A stretch of 64,000 nucleotides of DNA from Monocercomonoides exilis PA203 (Eukaryota > Protista > Preaxostyla). This document shows positions 50,778-61,039 of this stretch, one piece after another. The translations under genes were made by a program, and so were the position numbers. The notes beneath the pieces were generated by a model, which was not told the DNA's origin, searched no databases, and saw only the letters and a list, made by a program, of their open reading frames with translations. Location of the stretch: the NCBI GenBank assembly GCA_001643675.2, contig LSRY02000058.1, positions 372,001-436,000 on the forward strand. Reading direction: 5' to 3'. The stretch's first letter is position 1. Each line of letters starts with the position of its first letter.

Positions 50778-52357
50778 TCAAACATTCACAAAATAATCAG
50801 AAATATTCAATGACAATCGATAATAAATTCTTTTGTTAAAAAAATCAATTGTTTCCTGAAAGCTTGTGATGATATCTTCGCATCCTTCTTCTTCCATCTT
50901 TTCAATAAACTCCATTCTTTCTGCCTTTCTTTTTGCTTCTTCCATTTCATCATCTCTCTTTTTCTTCAATCGACTCGAAACATTCGATATGAATAATAAG
51001 AAGTTTTGTGCAAACTCGTCATTTAATGTAGATTGCAGAATCTCCTCCAAAATAACATCAACCGCTTTACTTTTCAATAAGCCATCAATTTGCACAGTTT
51101 TACGACTCGATATTAATTCGAAAAGACAAAGGCATTCTCCCACTATTTCTTTCTCTCTCTTTCTTGCTGCCTTGCACAGCTTCACAAGACAGTCGGGCAA
51201 TCCGGTATATTCCTCGTTCCGCAATCTGCGACACTCCAAAAATGATCTTATTGTTGCTATCAAATCTCGAATTATCTGAATTCTTTTTCCTCTTTCCTTT
51301 CCTTTTTTCCTCTTCCAATCCACACTTCTTGTCATATCTTCTATTTCTCTAATGGCTTCTCTTGTAAAATGCAGCTCATTCTCAATTACATTTTCCTGAA
51401 CTCTTTCGAAGAAAAATCTGTTGACTAAAAACTGCCAAGCTGATTGATACGCAAGATGAGTAAGGTTGTGATGCGTCTGGTGATATTTGATAATCTCAGC
51501 GATCTCATTGAAATAAAATTCTTTTTTAATATTCTATTCCAGAATTATAATTGAAATTTATTAGAAAAATAAATTTAGAAAAAAGAATGTCATACTTCAT
51601 ATCTATCAATATTGCTCAAAGCTAGCAAAGCCATTTCCACTTCTTCCTTTGTTTTTTCGTTTTCCTCATTGTTTGAAGCTGCTTTCACAAGACAGGGCAC
51701 GCAAATCTGTAGTAGTTTGTATGGAATTGAGTGCTGGTACATCATAACATAGCATTCGCAAAGATCAATCAGAAGCTTTTCATCCTTTTCTTCTTTTTTC
51801 TTATCTTCTTCAAAAATCATCTTCTCAATCCTTAAACTCAACAAAGAAAAGTCATAACTGTTATTCCACAGATTTTTCAAAATTTTACAATATCCCTTGT
51901 GCTTCATCAGCAAAATGGCATTCTCCATTGTCAATTTCTTTTCTTCAATCATTTTATCCAGTGCATCAAATGTTTCTTTCGTGAATAAAGAATCGAATTC
52001 TTCATCGTCCATCTCATCCATTAGTCCGTTCATTTCATCGATTATCTGTTTCTGTTCATTCTCAATGCAATCTTCCAGCATCTTTACCAATTCTTCAAAA
52101 AAAATCACAAAAATAATTAAAGCATTGAAAGTTTAATCAAGATAAAAATTCAACGAACTTGAAAACTTTTCTGTAAGCTCTGATTGATAATATTCATCAA
52201 GAATATCCTCGTTATAAGCCTCATAGCAATCAATATAACCTGTATAATCATCTTCCTCTTCATCGTCATCATTATAATTAGCATCTATATCATAATCTTC
52301 TTCTTCTTCTTCTTCTTCTTCTTCTTCGAAATTGTAAACAGCATTCGCTATATTCAT
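50778..52357 (-). CDS. Lineage-expanded helical (ARM-like) family protein, copy 1 (3 exons)
   Basis: Acidic N-terminus ...ELTEKFS; EQKQIIDEMN...LLIDLCECY...EEVEMALLALS; HHNLTHLAYQSAWQFL...KMEEEGCEDIITS...ISDYFVNV; collinear with copies 2 and 3. Confidence 0.8.
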
Positions 52358-54260
52358 TGTATGTTCTGTGCATTTGATAAGTAATGGAAAGTTTAAAACG
52401 AGATAATCGACAGATTCAAACATTTTTATTTGAAAGCAAAGATCTGCGAAAGCAATAAAAAAACTGATAACCTTGATAAATATTTGCAGTTGCAAGAAAA
52501 TAACTTGAGCAAAATCTGTTCAATGAACTTTGCTTAAGAGACAAGCAAATCCTTTTTTTCTTTAAAGTGATCAATCGCATAAGAAAAAATCCAAATTCGG
52601 ATGTTGTTTGTGAGCAAATTCTGAGGAAACAACCCCTGATTATTTTTCTGTACTTTAGGGATGAGGCCATTGTTTCCAATGAAAATTTTTATCAGGAAAT
52701 GGAAAGGACAAAACAGACTTTTTTTTGTTGAAAGTCAAAAGTCCTTTGCTGGAGATGATTCAGTCATTTCTGTGGGGGGAGCAAGACTTCTGGAGGTTTG
52801 CATTAATTTTCTTTTTTTAATTTGAAAGTGTTTATGATATTGTTTGCGATATTCTCTCAAGCAAAAGCGATCAAAAATGCGATTATTTGAAACTTAAAAT
52901 CAAACTTATCGATTTAACTTCGTCCGAAAAGAATACGGAAAAGAAGAACTATGATTTGCAGACAAGCTGATTTGGGGGCCTCAAATTCTTTTCGAATCAA
53001 CATGTTTGAAACAAACAAATTATTTATTAAAAATATAACAGCTTCTCCAACAATGGAACTGAAAAATATGATCAAACTGAGAGCTCATATGAAACGGGCA
53101 TCAATGGCGCGATAAATGGAAGATGGCGAGCAACGAAGATTGGTTTATGCAGAAAGCAAAGCTCAAAGAAAAGAGTTGTGAAAATCATCCACAGCGAATT
53201 TCATCACCTCCGAAGGTTGCCAATGAAAAAGGAAGATAAAGTTAGCTTCTTATAGAGGGAAACGCAGGAAGAAAGATGAAGTTAGGAGGAATCTGTGAAG
53301 GAGATCTTTCTGCCTCCGTTATTGTGGATTTGGTCATGAGGCAGAAGAAAGGCAGGAGTTGAAGTTGAGAGAAACGAATCACAGCTCATGAACTTTGCGG
53401 ATTTCAGCTTTGCAAGTGTGCGATGGAACACCAAGTTGCAGAACTGTTCATGGAGAATACGCGCGGCAGCCGAAGCTATTGAGTGCACTTCGTTCAATTT
53501 GAGGGAAAAGGAGAAAGGGGAAAATACGAAAATGATTCTGTAAAAAAGGATATTTTTGATGACATCTTCGAATACGCACAGTTTATTCCTGCCCTTTTTC
53601 AATCCAATCGAAACGAGGAATGGCTGGGACATGGAAAGAGGGCAGCGTTGGGAATCTGGATTGCATGCATTGCAGTTCATCGGCAGGTTAAGAGAGGCTG
53701 AAAATGCAAAGATGGAGCCTCTGAAGAGACAAGAAAGACTGAAAGAAACACAAAAAGCAGCAGAAATGAAACCTCTATGGAATGCTTCAAGGGGAATAAT
53801 AGTGAATATTGCAGTATGTTTTCATCTATATCTGTGTGGAGCAATCAACTTATCATTTTCCACTGATTGTGGCTGATTCTCAAAAAATGCACTTTTTTAT
53901 GTTGCATCTTCAACTTGCTCTTCTTCTTCAGTTTCTGATTCTGCTTCTAATACTTCTTCTTATTCTCCTAATTGCGCCTTTCTTCTCCAGCAACCTCGTT
54001 GAAGGCAGGCGATCCTCTATTTGTGTGTGAAGGCAGAGCACAAAAACAGAGTTCAACCAGAACAGAAAGAAATATTTTCTTTTTCTTCTTTTTGTGTGAA
54101 ATCAAGCCATTTTTCTTATTCTTCATTTCAGGATGCTGTTTATTAAAAACTCACATCTTCGATTTGGTTTCTTTTTTCTTCGAGATAAAAGTTACTCAAT
54201 GAAAAAAAGAAGTATCACTTCAAAATACAATTTATTGAAATGACCAACGAAATTGGAAAA

Positions 54261-54296
<36 letters not shown>

Positions 54297-56219
54297 TCAA
54301 ATAAAAGATGATGTTCATTGTCAAAGACAAATGGTGAATATTCAAAAAATGAACGAAAAGAAAAAGGAGCAAAATATAAAGGCACAAACAACCTCTTTGC
54401 AGAGTCAAATCAGAAAGAAAGAAATCTCGTTTGAAAGAAACAATGAAACAAAAAATGATAGCCATCAACATAATCACTCATTTCGCTCAAATAGAATTTG
54501 GAAAGCACTTCAAAAAAAAAAAAACAAAATAAAATAAGAATAAAAATAAAAAGTTAAGAAAAGAAAAGAAAATTCGAACGCTGTCAAAGTTGTGAAATGA
54601 TTAAGTGAAAGGCAAAAGAATATATTTTGAGTTGCATAAAGAAGAAAATAATGCAAGGCAATAAGATTCCGATAGAAATGAACTTTTCGCAATGCGTCCT
54701 CATCTCTGCAGTTATAACGATCTTGTGCAAATTGGCTTATGCCTTTTCTTCTGTGCTATTTGTATTTTCTCTCTTCCTTTCTTCGAAACAGAAAAGGAGG
54801 AGGGAAAACGAATGAAGTTGTTTCCAATATTATTGACGAGTGTTTGGTGAAAAATGGCTGAGGAAAAAAGAATGGAATCTTTCCGTTGATTGACCAGAAG
54901 AATGTTGAGTTCGAAATAAAAGGAAATGGTTTTTGAAGATATTTGCCTTGATTTCTCCGCGAGAATTGGATGAATGCGATAAATGTGAAGAAAAATGAAG
55001 CATCAATCTGCTTCTGGTATTTCTTCAGAAAGCGCTTCTGCATCTCTTTCTCGTCTGAACAGTTGAGGCATATGAACCTACAACGCTTCAATAACAATTA
55101 AGCTTTCAGAAAAATGAAAGATTGATAACGTATTTGAATGGGCATCCTTTCGCTTTTTTAATGCAATCGATTTCAGATGTGAGCATTGAAGTCCAAAGAA
55201 GAATTTCTGACTGGCTCAAAGAAGATCACGTTGACACTGAAGGGCATTTTGAGCAATAAAAAGATGTGAATATCTCTCTCTCCGTTCTGATGGAAACAAC
55301 ACGAATTATTCGCTTGATTTTATTTCTTTTTCATATCATCACCACCATTGGCAACTGAATGGGAAAAAAAAAGGTTTGCTCTTTTGAATCAAAGATGAAT
55401 CCATCTTGGAAGATTGGTTATTTTAACTTCCTCATCCAATCTTCATTCAATTGAAATCAAATGGCTTTTGCAATTAAAACCTTTTAACAAACACCAAAGA
55501 AAATGGTTTGCGGTTGTTTGTTGTTGCTTCATCAATTATGAATCTGCAAATCTTTGGTGTTGGAGCCATCCTTCACATGTTTGCATTTATTGCTTGTTTC
55601 GCTTTGGAAGCGATTTTCCTTTCTCTTCTGGCATTTCACCTGCTGTTGAATTGCATTCTTTTGAATAAAATCAGTATTAGTATTTGCCAAATCAATTCTT
55701 TCTTCTTCAATAAGCTTGAGAATGATCTTAAAATTGGAAATGAAAAAAGAAAAAATAAAAATAATTGCAAAATACTTTAAGCAAACAAACCGTTGTTGCC
55801 CTTGTCTTCAATCAAAATCAGCTTCGCTATTAGAAAAAAACACCTTTTTTTCTTTAAAATTTCAGTGGCCAATCATTTATCCTTTTCTCAGAATTCAAGT
55901 TCTTTTTCAATGAAATAGAAATAATATTTCCAAAATTGGAAAGATGTTGTTTCAAAAAGAAAATGATTTTTGTCAGAAATTATCTCCCATAAACTATCTG
56001 TTGGTTCGATCAACAAGAATAAAAAGATTGGATTAATTCTTGTTTGCAGCAAGCGAATTCATTTATTCTTCCTTTTTCATTTTTGCTTCCGATTGATATA
56101 AAGCATAGCGTTAGTTGTAGCACCGTTAACTTTCTATTTTGGAGATAAATAAAGATATTTGTATTTGTTGATTAACTTGTTGTATATTTAGCATTCCTTT
56201 CATTTGCCCAGAACACATA

Positions 56220-57716
56220 ATGGACGAAGTGAGTTCAGTCTGTAGCGTTGGAGAAGAAGAGGAAGAAGAAGAAAAAGATTGTGATGAAGAAGAAGAAGAA
56301 TACAAGACAGAGCTTACAGAAAAGTTTACAAGTTCGAGCATTTTTTTATTGAATAAACTTTTAATGCTTTGAATTTTTTTTAAGAATTATTAGACGAATT
56401 GGTAGATTGCAACGAGGATGAGCAAAAACAGAAAATCGATGAAATGAATGAAATGGTTAATGAAATGAATGAAAAAGAATTTCATTCAATATGCACTAAA
56501 AAGAATTTAGACAAAATCAATAAAATGATTGAAGAAAAGAAAATAACTTTGGAAAATACAATGATGCTGATGAGACATATTGCATATTGTAACGCGCTTG
56601 CAGAAGTGTGGTGTAGCAATTTTCACAGTTCTGAACTGAGCAAAAGATTTGAGAAGATGATTGTTGAAGAAGATGAGAAAAAAGAAGAAAAGAATGAAAG
56701 ACTTCTTGTTGATCTTTGCGAATGCCATTTAATCACATATGAATGTTATATACCAGACAATATTATTGTTATTTGCATACTACACCTTCTGAAAGCTGCA
56801 TCAAACAAGGAAGAAAACGAAGAAACAAAGGAAGAAGTGGAAATGGCTTTGCTTGCATTGACTTATATTGTTCGATGGAATGTTTGAAATCATTTAAAGT
56901 TTTTTTTGAATTATTATTGTAATTTTTTTCCTAATTTTTGAATAGAAAGTTGAAAGAGAATTGTATCTGAACGAGATCAAAGAGATTATCCAACATCATC
57001 AAGAACATCACAATCTTACTCATCTTGCCTATCAATCTACTTGGCAGTTTTTGATAAACAGATTTGAAAAAGATGAAAGTTTGGAAGACACTATTATGAA
57101 TGAACTGCATATTATCATAGAGGCAATAAAGGAACTGGAAGAGTTGACAAGAAATGTGAATTGGAAAAAGAAAAACGAAAGAGAGGAAAAAGGAACGAAA
57201 ACGAAAGAAGAGATTATAATCTGGAGATGGTTCGATATAATTAGTGATATCATATCCCAACACAAATTGTGGAATGAAGAATTTGTTGGACTCATAGGCG
57301 GCCTTGTGGGGTTATATCGAGCAGCAAATGATGGTCATAGAGAAATTTGCCGAGAATGCATTTATTTCCTTAGATTTGCAGCAAGAAGCGAATCTATGAA
57401 AGTTGATGACTTATTGGAAGGAGGGGCAATTGATACTTTTTTTGAAGAACTTCATCAGCCAACATTAGAAGATGAAAATATGTGTGATTGCTTGGATGCT
57501 GCTTATGCAATTTCAGGAAGATTGGAAGGAAAGACGGATGGTGAAAATAGAGAGGACGAAAATGGAGAAGAGATTAGAAAGAAGGTATTTGAAAAGATGG
57601 AAGAAGAAGGATATGAAGATACCATCACTAGCTTTTATGAAACAATTGATTTTCTTAACAACGAATATTATTATGAATTATCGTTGGATATTTCCGATTA
57701 TTTTGTGAATATTTGA
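56220..57716 (+). CDS. Lineage-expanded helical (ARM-like) family protein, copy 2 (3 exons)
   Basis: MDEVSSVC...ELTEKFT; DEQKQKIDEMN...EEVEMALLALT; HHNLTHLAYQSTWQFL...KMEEEGYEDTITS...ISDYFVNI; same intron positions as copy 1. Confidence 0.85.
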
Positions 57717-59122
57717 GAAAATGAGATATTTCACATTTTGTTTCTCTGATTTTCAATTTTTGTATTTTGATTATTTCCTTCATCTGCAAATAGCAGTTTG
57801 CAGCCTTCTTCAATTGAAATTTTTTATTGGATTGCCTGATGAATTATCAGCAACTGGTGTAAATGCCTGAGAAAATGAAAAGTTATTTATTCTGTAACTC
57901 AAAATTTTTGTTTATTTTTCATTCAGTATCATATCACATTCAACAAACGTAAAGTTAGTTTTAAATCTTTTTCTTTTTCATTTCTTTGAAATTCTGAAAA
58001 GCAAAAAAATATATGAAATATAACATTTCATTTCTTCTTTTCTTTGGGGAAAAAATTATCACCGAATATCCAACTTCTCGCAAGTTTCAAGAATTAATGA
58101 TATTTTCTTTCTTGTTATTTGTGTTCAGTCGCCTCTTCTTTGACTTTTTTTTGAAACGCAAATGTTTTTCTGAACGGATGAATAAAAATGAAATGAAAGA
58201 AAATAAAATTGAGAATTGGTTAGATGAACACGAGGAAAAAGAAGTTACTATCTTTTGATGGTCAATGAGTCGATTACTGATCCTCAATCATTATCTTCAT
58301 TCTTTCTCAAATCTCCTCTTCCTCCCCTGATTGGATGTGTTTTTTATTCCCTCTTCCTCTTTCATTTAAAAGGCTTTCCTTTTCAGTTTCCAATTTTTCA
58401 AACCAAATCATCAAGAAACATTCACAGTCAATTGCAAATGAGCGAGAAGAAAAGAATTCTTGAATCTTGAAGTTGGAGCGGATGCTAATTCTTGACTTGC
58501 AGTTGGCAAAACTTCAGGCAATGCAGATGCAGATATCTCACCATCAGATGTGCTGCTTTTTTTCCAGGCTTCCTTTTCGGTGCTTTCATCGGTTTTGCCA
58601 TTTGGCTTTGAAATGTGAGCTGAACGCTGATCTTTCAGACTCTTAGACGGATTCTCACTCCAAATGAGCGAAATGAGATTGGCTGGTTCATTCTGAGAAG
58701 GAAGAGGAGATAAGAGTGAAGCAGAAGAAGAAAAAAAAGAAGGACCGATTGATTAAATGAAAACTGAAGTTGTGCAAGTGAATGATTGTTTGAGAGAGAT
58801 GGAAGCAGAAGCAGAAGGTGATAATGAGAAGACTGACCGAAATGAATGAAAAATCCACAATTTGTGTTGAATATTCTTATTGTCCAGCCAAAAAAGCTGA
58901 TTTTGAATGAAATCTCTTTTCATCTCATCTTATCACATTTTCTTTCCTTTGTTCATTTGCTGCAATCTGCATTTTCTTATTCTCTATTTCCATTTCATTC
59001 CATTTTTCTTCTTCTTTTCAAGGATGAAGATTCCATTTGTTGAATTGGCTCGAAAAGTTGTTTCAAAGATGAACAAGATAATCACTTGAGTTTCTTGATA
59101 GATTGGAAAAATGAAAATATTC

Positions 59123-60870
59123 TCAAAGAATTGGCAGCATTTCCTGAAAGCTTGTGATGCAATCTTCGTATCCTTCTTCTTCCATATTTTCCAATAACTT
59201 CATTTTTGTTGCTTTTCTTTTTTCGTTTTCATTTTCTTTATCCTTCCCTTTTTTCAACTTTTCACATTGCCTTTTGAAAATTTTCAAACACTCTGTCAAA
59301 TATCCTTCTTTTATTGTTGTTTGCTGCATTTCGTCCAAAAGCACACAAACAGTACCGCTTTTCAGCAAGCCATCAATTTCTTCAGTTCTGTTTCTCACAA
59401 TTCTTCTCATCGAATATGAACACCACTCTCTTATTTCTCTGTGATTATTTTTTGCTGCTCGAAACACTCCCACAATACCTTCAATAAGTCCATATTGCTC
59501 TTCACTCCACAACTGATGGTTCTCCAAGTGAAATGCCAATGAATCCAGGCTTTTCTTCAAAATATGCACTTCTTTCATTTCTTTTCCTCCTTCCTTTTCT
59601 TTCTCTCTCTTCCAATCCACACTTCTTGTCCACTCTTCCAGTTCTCTTCTTGCCTCACTCACAAAATGCAGTTCGTTCATAAAAACTTCTTCCAAACTTT
59701 TATCATGATATGATCTGTTTATCATAAACTCCCAGGCAGATTGATATGCAAGATGAGTCAACTTTCGATGTTCCTGATGAAACTTGATGATTTCTGTCAT
59801 CTCTTTCAAATATTGTTCTTTTTTCGGTACCTATCAAAAATTAAAATGAAATAAAAGCTCAAAAATCAATTCAAAAGTCCTCAAACATCTTCGCAGATGC
59901 AACTCAAAGCCATCAAAGTCATTTCTACTTCTTCCTTTGTTTTTTCATTTTTATTTTTGTTGGAAGCAGCTAACAAAATATAAGGCAAACTGATTAAAAC
60001 CAATCTGCTTGGAATGACGCATTCGAACAACATCGAACAGCTTTCACAAAGATCAATCAGAAGCTTTTCATCCTTTCCTTCTTTTTCATTCTCTTCAGTT
60101 ATAATTACCTTCAGAATTCGTTTCTTCAATAATGACTTTTATAAAGAAAAACTCCATATATTTGTGCGATTCTTTTTGAAGTCACAAATGTTTCATTTTC
60201 AAATGAATCAAAAATTTCATATTAAGCTCAAATTTTTATTAACATTCACGAAACAATACTCGAATTAATGAAATTGTGTTATCCAATAATGGATTCCATA
60301 TTTGGAAAGTTTGGTGTATGTTAACAGAAATGTGAGAATAGTATTAAATTTTTGATTCATTTGAAAATAAAACATTTGCAACTTTTCTAAAAGAATCACA
60401 CATTTTTTCAAATTTTTCCAATACCCCATATGGGGGAAAATACGGACTTTCAAGCTTTTTTTGCACAAGGCATAGAAAAATTGCTTCACTCTTCACTTTA
60501 TTTCACTTTCTCTGATTTCAAAATAAATTTGATTTACATTTCTGAAAACAGGCATCATTGAAATTATAACAAAAAGTTTTCCAACATTTCACGAATGTCA
60601 AATAATGAATTTATTTTTATTGCGATTTTTGATCTCAAAAAGTCAACGAAAAGTGCATAATTTTTCAATGAAAAAGCCTGAAGTGAAATACTATTCCACA
60701 TATATTTCAATGGTACAAATGCATTTTCCAAAGACAATTTCATTTCTTCAATCATTTTATCCAGTGCATTAAATGTTTCTTTTGTGAAAAAGAATTCTAG
60801 TTCTTTAACATTCATTTCCTCCATCAGCCCTCTCATTTCCCCGATTTGCCTTTTTTGAACATCTGTTGAG
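59123..60870 (-). pseudogene. Helical family copy 3, disrupted by a ~500-bp insertion and a stop codon
   Basis: LTHLAYQSAWEF...MEEEGYEDCITS in the last exon; exon 2 is split between ENAFVPLKY (~60700) and NIWSFSL*KSLLKKRI (~60165). Confidence 0.75.
60161..60430. repeat. Degenerate ~100-bp inverted repeat (foldback/MITE-like insertion)
   Basis: 60161-60265 matches the reverse complement of ~60301-60405, sharing an identical core ATTTTCAAATGAATCAAAAATTT. Confidence 0.7.
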
Positions 60871-61039
60871 TAAATGCATAATTGGGAAAGCAATACTGGA
60901 ATAAAAACATAAGAAACAATTGTACTTAAGGAAAAAAAGATATGCACACATGTAAAGTCTTTTATTTTCTGTGACTGATGCATTTTTAACAAAATCAGTT
61001 AAAAAAGTATTTCAAAAGTTTTCACAATTCGCAATAGAG

